A program made the translations under genes and the position numbers. A DNA stretch of 46,319 nt, taken from NCBI GenBank assembly GCA_900319685.1, contig ONPI01000010.1, forward strand, positions 1 through 46,319, given 5' to 3'. Shown one piece after another: positions 36,100 through 45,870 of this stretch; position 1 is the stretch's first letter; every line of letters begins with the position of its first letter. The stretch comes from an uncultured Bacteroidales bacterium. Its GTDB lineage: Bacteria > Bacteroidota > Bacteroidia > Bacteroidales > UBA932. Under the pieces are notes generated by a model. It saw only the letters and a program-made list of their open reading frames with translations, ran no database searches and had not been told where the DNA came from.

Positions 36100-37317
36100 T
36101 CATATATTCCTGATTACAAGTGTGGAATTAGTCCCACCGAAGCCGAAGGAATTCGACAGAAAGGTGTCAAACCCCCTGTCAAGCCTTTCGGATGGTATCC
36201 AAAGTCTGGCGGAATCCTCGTCCGGATGCTCGAAATTGATATTCGGTGCGATGAAGCCGTTCTTCATCATCAGCATCGAATATATCACTTCGCTGGCTCC
36301 TGCCATCCACATCTCGTGCCCTGTCTGGGACTTCGTGCTGGTCACCGGGACCGTTCTCTCCCCGAAGACGGCGGCTATCGCCTTGGCCTCGTTGGCATCC
36401 CCGACGTGGGTGGAAGTAGCGTGAGCGTTGATATATCCTATCTCTTCCCTGGACAGACCGGATCGTCTGATCGCCATCTCCAGGGACCTCCTCGGACCGT
36501 CCACGTTCGGGCTGGATATATGGTCACCGTTGCCGGAGAAGCCGTATCCAAGCACTTCCGCATAGATATGCGCTCCCCTGCTGACCGCGCTTTCATAGCT
36601 CTCCAGTATGAGGGTGGCGGCACCTCCGCTCGGTACCAGTCCGTCTCTGTCACGGTCGAAAGGCCGGCTGGCCCTTTGGGGCTCGTCTTCCCTCACCGAG
36701 AAGGCCGATATTCCGTCGAAAGAACCGACGGCGAACGGATGGACTTCCTGCGCACCTCCGCAGACCACCATTTCCTGGAGCCCGTTCTGGATCAGGAGCG
36801 CCCCGAGTCCAATGGCGTGGGAACCGCTGGCGCAGGCCCCGGACACCGTCAGGTTGATTCCCTTGAGCTTGAATATGCAGTCCAGGTTCATGGTCACGGT
36901 CGAATTCATAGACTGGAATATGGCACCGGAACCGCACATCGTGGTGTCTTTCTTCTCCCGCATTATGTCCACCGACTGGACCACCGGCACCGCGGAAGAA
37001 TCATTCCCGTAAAGGAGGCCAACCTCGTGGACTGCCAGATATTCCTCATCCACTCCGGCATCGCGAAGAGCGTCACGAGTGGCGCAGTACGCGAATTTGG
37101 CCTGCTGCGGCATGAAAACGCGCTGGGAGCGGCTGAGTTCCCCCTTCAGGTCCGGGGTCATGAGGTTCCCGGTCAACGCCGACCGGAATCCCATCTCCTT
37201 CCTTTCAGGATCCACGATTATGCCCGACTTGCCATTGTAAAGCGAATCCAGGACCTCTTCCAAGGTCGTTCCGAGGCATGAATATATGCCCATCCCGGTT
37301 ATGACTACCCTTCTCAT
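36100..37317 (-). CDS. Beta-ketoacyl-ACP synthase (FabB/F-type KS)
   Basis: RRVVITGMG, catalytic ACASGSH, AHATST, TGHE and NSFGFGGTN (Cys-His-His). Confidence 0.92.
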   Translation of the reverse strand: MRRVVITGMGIYSCLGTTLEEVLDSLYNGKSGIIVDPERKEMGFRSALTGNLMTPDLKGELSRSQRVFMPQQAKFAYCATRDALRDAGVDEEYLAVHEVGLLYGNDSSAVPVVQSVDIMREKKDTTMCGSGAIFQSMNSTVTMNLDCIFKLKGINLTVSGACASGSHAIGLGALLIQNGLQEMVVCGGAQEVHPFAVGSFDGISAFSVREDEPQRASRPFDRDRDGLVPSGGAATLILESYESAVSRGAHIYAEVLGYGFSGNGDHISSPNVDGPRRSLEMAIRRSGLSREEIGYINAHATSTHVGDANEAKAIAAVFGERTVPVTSTKSQTGHEMWMAGASEVIYSMLMMKNGFIAPNINFEHPDEDSARLWIPSERLDRGFDTFLSNSFGFGGTNSTLVIRNI

Positions 37318-37321
37318 AGCC

Positions 37322-38458
37322 TTAGATCATGTAACAGTTATCGACCGGATTGGAGTAGATTCCAAGGAATATGTCCCTGAGAATCTCCGGTTCCTCAACG
37401 TCGTATTTGTCAAGCTTCGACATATGGAACACGAACCTTTCCTTCTGCTCCTCCGAATACTTGGCCCCGAGGAATTCGTGCTTCCCGAACCTGATGTCGT
37501 GAGCGATGAAATTGTTCGGAGTCAGCTTGTAGCCCGAGAAGATACGTTCGTCCATCAGACGGGCGACTTCCCTGTTGTATTCGATGCTGGTCAGTGAATC
37601 GAACTGCCTGAGGTCGTCTTCCGTGATCATCGGGCAGAACGAGAGATGGACGTTCCCCTTGAATGAAGTTATTCCAGAGAGGATGCTGGAGAGGTCCTCG
37701 CCCTGTTTCTTGACATATTTCTCATAGCGGGACTGGTAGAGTTCCAAAGCCTTCATGTAATCACAGGTCTCCCACTCGTACGAAATGGAAAGAGGGACTA
37801 TATGTAATTCCGACAAGGCCTTGATCTTGTCATCCCGTTTGCTGATTCCGAACATCTTCACGATGCCCTGGTCGGTTGCGTCATTGCCGTCCTTGGTGCG
37901 TCCGTTGCGCTGGGCGATCCAGACCGACTGGTGCTTCTCGGTGATGACATGGCGGATATATTCGGAAAGATGGACCGAACTCTGGTAGAATTCCTTCATG
38001 TTCCCGCCCCTTTCCACACGGAACATCTTGTTGGACCTTCCAATGTCGATCACCAGCGGTGTGCACATCAGGTTGGCACCGAAAGTGATCTCGGAAGTCT
38101 CGAAGCCGTGGGCATGGAGTATGTTCTGCAGGACAGAGGCGTCCAGCATGATATCCCTGTGGTTCGAAACGAACAGGTATTGACCCGAAGGATCAAGGGC
38201 TTCGATACCGGAGACGGTATAGGAAGTCATGCTCCTCTTCACGATCTGCTCGTTGACAAACCACATCACCTTGGTCTGGAACTCGTCCACAGTGCGGAGG
38301 CCTTCCACCATCGCCCTGACTTCCTCCACCTTACGGTCCGGAAAAGCATATGATGCAAGGAGAGGGAAAGTGTCGCTTGCGGCAATGCGCTTCATCGCGG
38401 CCGGGATCTCATCGTCGTAATATGGCCTGATGTCGTCGAATTTCTGATTTCTGACCAT
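37322..38458 (-). CDS. Glycerol-phosphate/lysophospholipid acyltransferase family protein
   Basis: HX4D motif NHRDIMLD and WIAQRNGRTKDGND. Confidence 0.85.
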   Translation of the reverse strand: MVRNQKFDDIRPYYDDEIPAAMKRIAASDTFPLLASYAFPDRKVEEVRAMVEGLRTVDEFQTKVMWFVNEQIVKRSMTSYTVSGIEALDPSGQYLFVSNHRDIMLDASVLQNILHAHGFETSEITFGANLMCTPLVIDIGRSNKMFRVERGGNMKEFYQSSVHLSEYIRHVITEKHQSVWIAQRNGRTKDGNDATDQGIVKMFGISKRDDKIKALSELHIVPLSISYEWETCDYMKALELYQSRYEKYVKKQGEDLSSILSGITSFKGNVHLSFCPMITEDDLRQFDSLTSIEYNREVARLMDERIFSGYKLTPNNFIAHDIRFGKHEFLGAKYSEEQKERFVFHMSKLDKYDVEEPEILRDIFLGIYSNPVDNCYMI

Positions 38459-38460
38459 CT

Positions 38461-39756
38461 CTATCTCTTTCTGTAATCGATGAATTTGACCGGCTTGCGG
38501 CTCTTGGCCGGATAGTTGATCTTCTGAATCTCATCCTTAGGAAGGATTTCGACCTTGGGAGCCACACGCAACCTTGAGCGGAAACGGTCCTTGAGTTCCT
38601 TGACCACATCGAACGACTGCTCACCCACCAAGCCGACCTTGACGATCACGTCATCGGTTCCGGCCTCGGAATCCTGGACGCAGACGACGTAATTGCTCAC
38701 GAAGTCGGTATTGTCGAGGACATCGTTGATTGCAGGAGGGTAGAGGGTCGTTCCCTTCAGCTTGATCATATTGTTCTTCCTGCCCACGAGCGGAGTGAGA
38801 CGGTAGGAATTCCTGCCGCACTTGCACTGTTCCACCCGCTTTGCAGCTATATCACCAGTACGGAACCTCAGCAGAGGCATCCCTTCCACTCCCAGGGTAG
38901 TCACCACGACCTCACCCTCTTCCCCATCCGGGACCGGCAGGTTGTCCTCACCGATGATTTCCACGATTATAAGCTCCGGATGAACGTGCCCGCCCAGACC
39001 GTAACTGCATTCCGAGAACGTCGCGCCCATCTCCGTTGAGGAATATGTAGCATAAAGCTCCACATCCCATTTTTCCTTTATCTTGGAACCCAGCAAGTTC
39101 AGGGAGAAATCCTGGTTCCTCAACCCCTCGCCGATACCGATTATCTTCTTGACACTGCAGTTGCGGTAATCTATCCCATGGTCCTCGGCGTACTGGATCA
39201 GCCTCAGGATGAACGAAGGAACGCACATTATCGCATCCGGCTTTATACGCTGGATAGTATCCCACTGAAGCTCCGGCACACCGTTGCCCACGCGTATGAT
39301 ACCGGCACCCAATTCCCTGATTCCAAGGAAGTAAGCCAAACCGGCCATAAACCTCTTGTCAATGGTCGTCATCAGCTGGAGCACATTCCCGGGCTTCAGT
39401 CCGGCGCATTCGAACGATTTCTTCTCGTTGTAAGCCAGTCTCTGAAGGTCCTTCTCCGTGCAGCAGAAAGTCACCGGATCCCCCATGGTACCCGATGTGG
39501 TGATGTAATCGATCACCTTATCCTTGGGGACGCAAAGGAAATCCTCGTTGAATATCTGCAAGTCTTTCTTCTCCGTGAAAGGGATCTTCACCAGATCCTC
39601 GATATGGCGGATCTTGTCGATGTCTATCCTGCAGCGGGAGAACATCCGCTGATAATAAGGAGAATTCGCCGCCAGATAAGCCAAAGCATCGCGCAACTTC
39701 TGTTCCTGGAAGTCCTTTATGGCTTCTGCCGATTGAAATTCAATATCTTCTGTCAT
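38461..39756 (-). CDS. Phenylacetate-CoA ligase-like adenylate-forming enzyme
   Basis: TSGTMGDP, YSSTEMG, RFRTGD, GRKNNMIKLKGTTLYP. Start chosen at ATG 39756. Confidence 0.88.
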   Translation of the reverse strand: MTEDIEFQSAEAIKDFQEQKLRDALAYLAANSPYYQRMFSRCRIDIDKIRHIEDLVKIPFTEKKDLQIFNEDFLCVPKDKVIDYITTSGTMGDPVTFCCTEKDLQRLAYNEKKSFECAGLKPGNVLQLMTTIDKRFMAGLAYFLGIRELGAGIIRVGNGVPELQWDTIQRIKPDAIMCVPSFILRLIQYAEDHGIDYRNCSVKKIIGIGEGLRNQDFSLNLLGSKIKEKWDVELYATYSSTEMGATFSECSYGLGGHVHPELIIVEIIGEDNLPVPDGEEGEVVVTTLGVEGMPLLRFRTGDIAAKRVEQCKCGRNSYRLTPLVGRKNNMIKLKGTTLYPPAINDVLDNTDFVSNYVVCVQDSEAGTDDVIVKVGLVGEQSFDVVKELKDRFRSRLRVAPKVEILPKDEIQKINYPAKSRKPVKFIDYRKR

Positions 39757-39778
39757 TGGTAAATTGCGATATAGTTTG

Positions 39779-40570
39779 CTAATATACGCAATTTCCAATA
39801 AAATCTAAAAAGAACGGAAGCCAGTCGGCTGTCGGTGAAGAAAGTCCGAAGCCATGGCCTCCGGTTTCGAACAATTCAAAACCATGAAGGACGCCGGCCT
39901 TTGAAAGGGCCTCGTCCATGACTACTGAATTACGGTAATCCACGGTAGGATCATCCTTGCAGGCAGCAATGAACACCGGAGGCATGTCACATGGTACGTC
40001 CAACTCCATCGAAAGCCTCCTCCGCAAGTCCGCATCAGCATAATGCTTTCCAAGAAGCGCCCGCCGGGACCTGTCGTGGACGATTTCCTCGTCCGACATG
40101 GTTACCACAGGGTAAACCGCAGCTATGAAAGAAGGCCTGGAGTCCCCGGAAAGCTCTTTTCCGGCATCAAGCGCCAGGTGTCCACCGGCAGAGAATCCAA
40201 CCACCCCGACCTTTGATGGATCCACCGAATACTCCGCAGCTCTCGAACGGATTTCCCTTACTGCCGCCGCAAGGTCTTCCAGGGCATCCGGATAATGGTT
40301 CTGAGGGAACGCCAGTCCACGGAATAGGAAATACCTGGTACCGGCATGGCGATAGTACAGCACGAAGGCTGCGAACCCTTCCTGACGCAGCCTTTCCGCC
40401 ACATCCACGCTCTCCTTCGTTCTGGACAGCCAGTAATAGCTCCCTCCCGGACAAACGATCACCGCAATGCCGTTGGACTTTTCCGGCTCCGGAAGGAAAG
40501 GGATCAGCCTCTGCCCGGAGGCCTGAAGTCCCAGGAATATCAGTAACGATATGGCAATCAGTCGCTTCAT
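39779..40570 (-). CDS. Exported alpha/beta hydrolase (esterase)
   Basis: Signal peptide, PGGSY oxyanion loop, GFSAGG nucleophile, DDPTVD and GGHGFG. Confidence 0.85.
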   Translation of the reverse strand: MKRLIAISLLIFLGLQASGQRLIPFLPEPEKSNGIAVIVCPGGSYYWLSRTKESVDVAERLRQEGFAAFVLYYRHAGTRYFLFRGLAFPQNHYPDALEDLAAAVREIRSRAAEYSVDPSKVGVVGFSAGGHLALDAGKELSGDSRPSFIAAVYPVVTMSDEEIVHDRSRRALLGKHYADADLRRRLSMELDVPCDMPPVFIAACKDDPTVDYRNSVVMDEALSKAGVLHGFELFETGGHGFGLSSPTADWLPFFLDFIGNCVY

Positions 40571-43500
40571 TCCGCCTCAAGATGATAATGAAGGTTTGCC
40601 GGCAAGTTCGAGCAAGATGATGCCAGCATTATGTTCTCTTCGTCCGCATCGAAGGCATCCACCTCCGTCTCCGGATGCATCAAGGCATAAATCAGGGAAT
40701 ATTCTCCCTGCCCGCAACCGTGGATCTCGAACCTCTCCGGACCTTCGCCCGTCGCGGTCAGATACTCCTGCCCACCTATTGCAGCAAGCGCCTTGCGACA
40801 GTTCGCCTCAACCCCGGCTCCCTTATACAAATACTTGTATCTCACATACTTGGATAGATATTCAGGCGTCTCCAGCCGCATCTTCATTCCAGCGAAACGC
40901 TCCAGGTAAAGGCGATGGGCATCCTTCGTCATCAGGCGGTAATCTCCGGTCGGAGCAATCCGCTGACCCACTTCCATGGTCACCGTGCCCTCACGGAGCA
41001 TGAAATCCTTCTTCGGCAGGACGTGGTCGGCACCGTGGAGGAATACCGGGACCACGTCCAGACCCAGCTCGGATGCCACATAGAACGCCCCTTTGTGGAA
41101 CCTCCCGATCTTCCCGTCGCGGGTGCGGGTCCCCTCTGGGAAGACGCATAGGGAATACCCCCTCGACACAAGGTCCTTTATCCTGTCCAGATTTTTCTCC
41201 AGCCCGTCAGCGATAGGATAGAATTCAGCCTTCCTTATGACATATCCGTAGATCGGATTCTTCCAGACCCATCCGTTGGTGAAGAACACCAGCTTCGGAG
41301 TCAGGGACATGAGGCAAGCAAGGTCCAGGTGAGACTGGTGGTTTGCGATGATAACGGCCGGCTTGTAGAAATCCACGGTTCCTTGGCAGTCCGGAGAGTC
41401 CGACATCCAGAACTTGACACCGGGCACCATCCGGATCAACCTGGACGAAACCCTCTGCAGGAAGCCGTGGTAGCTGGTTTTCTTCTTCTCCGAATCCTTT
41501 CCGAGGAAATGCAGGAAAGTGTAAGGATACACGAACAGGAACATGAACAGCACGAAGCCCAGAAGTGCGACTCCGGAATAAACAAGCCGCTTCAGGGTAA
41601 CCGGAATGTCCCGTTTCACCCCGTCCTTCTCGGTCAGCCACCTGAAGATCACCGGAGGCAGGTAATACGCCATCAGGACCACGATGAACATCCCTATCAC
41701 CGTGACCAGCCCAAGCGACTTCATCGCCGGATGCTTGGCAAGGACCAGGGCCCCGATTCCTATGAACATTATGATGGCGGAATGGAATATGCTGTTCTTG
41801 TAAGTCGCCAGACGCTTTTTCCCGTATGCATATTCATAGATGAGGCCTTCAGTGATGAATATGGTGTAGTCGTCCCCCTGCCCAAATATGAAGGTGGCGA
41901 GTATGATGTTCACTATGTTGAACCGGATGTCGCAGAGCCCCATTATTCCGAGTATCCAGAACCAGCTGACAGCCAGCGGGAAGAATGCAAGCAGCGAGAG
42001 TTCCAGGCGGCGGAAACTAAGGCACAGGAATATGAATACGACCAGGCTGCAGACCAGACCTATCTTGTCGAAACTGTCCGAGAGCACGCTCACCAGCTGG
42101 TTGCTGATGTCCCCAGTATCGAACACAAGGGCGCCGTCAGCACTCAGGGCCTGTTTAAGACCTTCGGCAGACATTCCTTCCCCTTCCTTGTAATATACCT
42201 GGTTTACGACACTGTACTTCCCCTCGTCCTGCAGTACATAGGTACCGTCGAAGGACCGTATGGAAGGTGAATCGGGATCGAGTGGCTGCACCTCCGGCCC
42301 GTTCCCCAGCAAATCCAGGAAAGGTTTGAAGGCATCGTCCGAAAAACCGGCTTTCCGGGACTCAGCAAGCAGTTCAGCCATAATGGCTTCCTTTCTGCCG
42401 GACCAGAAACTGCCCCAACGTTCCAGCCTTTCCCTCTGGCGCTCGGTTCCCGGAGTGAAACAACCCGTCCCTTTCACGAAGGATATCCTGTTCCCAAGGG
42501 CTTCCAGCCTGTCTTGGAGAGCATCGTTGTTCCTCAGAGCCTCCTCCAGCGTACCCCCTTCCGCGATTGCATATACCTGCGAGAAGCCTTCCTGCTCCAA
42601 TCCGCTCTCCAGCACCTTCAGGCCTTCCCGCTGGGACGAGGTCATGTAATTGATATGCTGCATGTCGGAATCGAAGGTGGTCCTCTTGCTCAGGTTGTAC
42701 ATGACTCCGGTCATAGCCATCACTGCAAGGAATAACCAGATACTCGAAGGAACCTTGTCCGGAAGGAGCCTGCCGAGTTCAAGGGTCCTTGAGTCAGGAT
42801 CCCTCGGCTTAGCAAACACAGGCAGGAATACCAGCACGAAGAATATGGTTCCGGCCAGCATCAGGGAGCCGAAAAGGCCCAGGTCCTTCATGGCAACGGC
42901 ATCCAGGCCGACAAGGCAGAGGAAGGCCGCCACGGTCGTGATGTTACCTATCAGGAGAGGAGCTACCATTTCCTTGAGATTCATTCTCGGAGTCACCCCA
43001 GCCTTGAATCCATCCATGTAGTGCAATGGATAGTTGACCGCTATTCCGATTATCACCGAGGCCACTCCCAGCACTATTATCGACATCGAATCCCTCACGA
43101 GGGACATGATTCCGATGGCGAAAAGCCAGCCGAAAGCAATGGAAACCGCTATCCATGCGATATCCTGGAACCTCCTGTATGAAAGGGCGAGCAGAATGCC
43201 TATGAGCAGCAGGGCGATGGAAATAGCCAGGATGCTGTCCCGCTTGATCTGCCTCGCGTTGGTGACTGCTATGAGAGGAGCGCCGACTGCATTGACTTCC
43301 ACGTCCGGATATTCCTCCCTGACTTTTGACGCTGCGCTTTCAACCAGTTCCGCGACCTTCGAATTCATCCCTGATTCGCTCATCCCGAAAGGAGAAGTCA
43401 GGAAAGCAAGGCCCCGCCCTTCACGGGTGAATATACAGTCATCGACTATTTCATAGTTGCTGTTCGCCGCACTTGTACGGAGCCTCTGCAGCACCGGGCT

Positions 43501-44052
43501 GAAAAGATGCAACGGGTCGGACTGGATATAGCTGACCACCATATCCCCGGAAGGGAACATCAATGCATCCTTGTCGGCAGCAAGCTCTTTTGCGACATAA
43601 CCGGAAATCGACAGCAAAGAATCTATCCTGGCATAGTCCGCCTCGGTCATATACAGAGGGAAACCGGAGGTCACGGCATCCATCATATCCAGGACCGCGT
43701 CCTGGTCGACGGTTACCTGTCTCTCTTTCACGAGAGCCGACGTATCGGCCTCATCGAATGCATCCGAGAAGGCATACATGGCCTCCCTGATGGTATATTC
43801 ATCAGCCTCGCTGCCTTCCTTCGCTGAAAAGATCACGGCGATATTGTTCTTCTTCCCGAGGGCATCGTAGGCCTCAGAATACCTGGCGCTCTGCTCGTCC
43901 GAAGGAAGGAACCTGGTAATATCTTCTTCGTAATGCATCCTTGCAGCAAGAAGTCCGCAGGCAAGGGCGATTGCGGCTGCAACAAGCCCTGCCAGCCATT
44001 TCCTGCCGACCAGGAAATCATATATCCTTAAGAAGAAACTATCCGTACTCAA
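40567..44052 (-). CDS. MMPL-family exporter fused to a lysophospholipid acyltransferase and a remnant SAM-methyltransferase
   Basis: Two MMPL repeats (IGIAVNY; FGQGDDY), acyltransferase NHQSHLD and FPEGTR, and C-terminal GCGQG..AFDAD. TTG start overlaps the upstream TGA. Confidence 0.88.
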   Translation of the reverse strand: MSTDSFFLRIYDFLVGRKWLAGLVAAAIALACGLLAARMHYEEDITRFLPSDEQSARYSEAYDALGKKNNIAVIFSAKEGSEADEYTIREAMYAFSDAFDEADTSALVKERQVTVDQDAVLDMMDAVTSGFPLYMTEADYARIDSLLSISGYVAKELAADKDALMFPSGDMVVSYIQSDPLHLFSPVLQRLRTSAANSNYEIVDDCIFTREGRGLAFLTSPFGMSESGMNSKVAELVESAASKVREEYPDVEVNAVGAPLIAVTNARQIKRDSILAISIALLLIGILLALSYRRFQDIAWIAVSIAFGWLFAIGIMSLVRDSMSIIVLGVASVIIGIAVNYPLHYMDGFKAGVTPRMNLKEMVAPLLIGNITTVAAFLCLVGLDAVAMKDLGLFGSLMLAGTIFFVLVFLPVFAKPRDPDSRTLELGRLLPDKVPSSIWLFLAVMAMTGVMYNLSKRTTFDSDMQHINYMTSSQREGLKVLESGLEQEGFSQVYAIAEGGTLEEALRNNDALQDRLEALGNRISFVKGTGCFTPGTERQRERLERWGSFWSGRKEAIMAELLAESRKAGFSDDAFKPFLDLLGNGPEVQPLDPDSPSIRSFDGTYVLQDEGKYSVVNQVYYKEGEGMSAEGLKQALSADGALVFDTGDISNQLVSVLSDSFDKIGLVCSLVVFIFLCLSFRRLELSLLAFFPLAVSWFWILGIMGLCDIRFNIVNIILATFIFGQGDDYTIFITEGLIYEYAYGKKRLATYKNSIFHSAIIMFIGIGALVLAKHPAMKSLGLVTVIGMFIVVLMAYYLPPVIFRWLTEKDGVKRDIPVTLKRLVYSGVALLGFVLFMFLFVYPYTFLHFLGKDSEKKKTSYHGFLQRVSSRLIRMVPGVKFWMSDSPDCQGTVDFYKPAVIIANHQSHLDLACLMSLTPKLVFFTNGWVWKNPIYGYVIRKAEFYPIADGLEKNLDRIKDLVSRGYSLCVFPEGTRTRDGKIGRFHKGAFYVASELGLDVVPVFLHGADHVLPKKDFMLREGTVTMEVGQRIAPTGDYRLMTKDAHRLYLERFAGMKMRLETPEYLSKYVRYKYLYKGAGVEANCRKALAAIGGQEYLTATGEGPERFEIHGCGQGEYSLIYALMHPETEVDAFDADEENIMLASSCSNLPANLHYHLEAE

Positions 44053-44546
44053 AAGTTAATCGCTATTCCGACGCCATGCGGAGCGGTGCTCATCCATTTC
44101 ATCCTGGAATTGCCTATATTCCTGAGAATCATACCTGTACTGAGGGATACGAACCCGACGCCTGTCACGATGATCCCGCCATACAATCCAACCAAGAAAG
44201 CTCCCAGGAACTGCCCGAAGTCGTCGAAGGTGTAGCTGAAAGCATTCGTGGCCACAAGTGTCAGGAACAAGGCTTCAGTACCGAGAATGCCCAGGCCTAT
44301 ATCAGTCATTATCTTTCCGGCCTTGAACTGCTTCCTGGCCGAGAGATAGGTCTCGTTGTAAATATCATTACCGAATACCTCCCGGATCTGCTCGTCGCCG
44401 AGTTTGAAGCCTTCGGCGTCATAGAAACTACCTCTCTTGTAATCAATTCTTTCCGTAGCGTACTGCGCATCCATCCGGACCGGCATCCCGATGAAACCGA
44501 GGACCAGCGCGACCGCCATCAACAACTTCGGATAAATGTTTTTCAT
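44049..44546 (-). CDS. Hypothetical membrane protein
   Basis: Signal peptide, two hydrophobic segments and C-terminal GVGIAINF. Start at ATG 44546. Confidence 0.65.
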   Translation of the reverse strand: MKNIYPKLLMAVALVLGFIGMPVRMDAQYATERIDYKRGSFYDAEGFKLGDEQIREVFGNDIYNETYLSARKQFKAGKIMTDIGLGILGTEALFLTLVATNAFSYTFDDFGQFLGAFLVGLYGGIIVTGVGFVSLSTGMILRNIGNSRMKWMSTAPHGVGIAINF

Positions 44547-44575
44547 GACTGAAACGGCAATTATCATTATAATCA

Positions 44576-44604
44576 CAAAAATATGAATAATTAGATTATT
44601 TTTG
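44576..44604. promoter_or_regulatory. Back-to-back Bacteroidota -7 elements (divergent promoters)
   Basis: TATTTTTG on the minus strand (44576-44583) and TATTTTTG on the plus strand (44597-44604). Confidence 0.55.
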
Positions 44605-44620
44605 CGAACTTTCGAAAGTT

Positions 44621-45340
44621 ATGGCCGAGGATATCTGCGTAATAATACCGATCTACGACAATGCCGGGACAATCCGGGACGTTGCGTCGCGTGCACTGAA
44701 GCATTGCAAGGATGTCTTCGTCGTGGATGACGGCAGCAATGACAGTCCCGGGAAAGAACTGGAAGGCTTGCCGGTCAGGCTGGTCCGGCACGACAGGAAC
44801 AAGGGCAAGGGAAAGGCTCTCAAGACCGGTTTCAAGGCGGCAAGGGCGGCCGGGTTCAAGAAAGCCATAACCCTGGACGGTGACGGGCAGCACTACCCGG
44901 AAGACCTTCCTGCCTTCTTCGAGATGGCAGACAAGCATCCAGACGCTATGCTCATCGGTAGCCGCAACCTCCGCATGGAGAATATGCCCGGAAAGAATAC
45001 CTTCGCCAACAAGTTTTCGAATTTCTGGTTCAAGGTCCAGACCGGAGTCAGCCTGCCTGACACACAGTCCGGATTCAGGCTCTACCAGCTGGACAAGCTT
45101 GGCAGCCTGTGGTACCTGACTTCACGTTATGAGGCCGAACTGGAGATGCTGGTGGTCCAGTGCTGGAAAAGGGTAGAAATGGTTCCGGTTCCGATCGATG
45201 TGTATTATCCGCCTGCAGGAGAGAGGGTTACCCACTTCCGCCCATTCTGGGACTTCTTCCGGATATCCATCCTCAACACCATTCTCTGCATCCTCGCCCT
45301 CCTCTACGGCTACCCATCCAAACTCCTCCGCAAACTATAG
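44621..45340 (+). CDS. Glycosyltransferase family 2 (APE/flexirubin cluster type)
   Basis: VIIPIYDN, VVDDGS, NKGKGKAL, TLDGDGQH, DTQSGFRLY, THFRP.WDF.RIS. Confidence 0.9.
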   Translation: MAEDICVIIPIYDNAGTIRDVASRALKHCKDVFVVDDGSNDSPGKELEGLPVRLVRHDRNKGKGKALKTGFKAARAAGFKKAITLDGDGQHYPEDLPAFFEMADKHPDAMLIGSRNLRMENMPGKNTFANKFSNFWFKVQTGVSLPDTQSGFRLYQLDKLGSLWYLTSRYEAELEMLVVQCWKRVEMVPVPIDVYYPPAGERVTHFRPFWDFFRISILNTILCILALLYGYPSKLLRKL

Positions 45341-45341
45341 T

Positions 45342-45490
45342 GTCATTCCCGGCTCGACCGGGAACCCCTTTTGCGTCAGTGGCTGCAACACCGGGCGCTT
45401 GCTGCTTCGCAGCCCTGTACGGGTAAATGCGCCCTAACGTTGCAGCCGACTGACGGATAATGCCAAGTCCTTATACTATCTCAGGATAGT
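45342..45490. repeat. Cluster of palindromic elements: REP-like hairpin, 82-nt branched hairpin and a short hairpin
   Basis: TTCCCGG-CTCGA-CCGGGAA (45346-45364); CGTCAGTGGCTGCAAC...GTTGCAGCCGACTGACG (45374-45455); ACTATC-TCAG-GATAGT (45475-45490). Confidence 0.7.
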
Positions 45491-45537
45491 CAACGAAAGA
45501 ATCACCAGGTTCAACAGAGTATCTGGATCCTGAATCC

Positions 45538-45870
45538 CTACTTGTATTCCAATGTCATCTTGGTGATGGTGCTGCCATCGCGGGAGAAGGATACTGAGCT
45601 GCCTTTGAAAGTGCAAGTAATTGTGTCTCCGGGGAGGAGCGGGGTGATGAATTTCACCCTTGAGACGCTTTCCAGCAGGCATTCACGGCCCTCGTGAAGC
45701 GAGAGCAGTTCCGTGGCCATCCGGATCTGGACGGCACCGGGAGTGACCGGAAAGCCAGGGAAATGAGCCTTGAATATGACGTTGTCCGGGATCAGGCGGA
45801 CATCGGCCTCGAAGCCTCCATCTACCTCCCGCATCGAAAGCAGTTTATAGAAAATGTCCTGCAACCTCAT
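45538..45870 (-). CDS. FabZ-like (hotdog) 3-hydroxyacyl-ACP dehydratase, ApeI-like
   Basis: IFKAHFPGFPVTPGAVQI and VKFITPLLP. The ATG overlaps the upstream TGA. Confidence 0.82.
   Translation of the reverse strand: MRLQDIFYKLLSMREVDGGFEADVRLIPDNVIFKAHFPGFPVTPGAVQIRMATELLSLHEGRECLLESVSRVKFITPLLPGDTITCTFKGSSVSFSRDGSTITKMTLEYK

Noticed and set aside
45476-45682. Small ORFs around the palindromic region (45160-45426, 45198-45437, 45476-45682)
   Set aside because: They overlap real genes or palindromes and have no coding-like composition or motifs.
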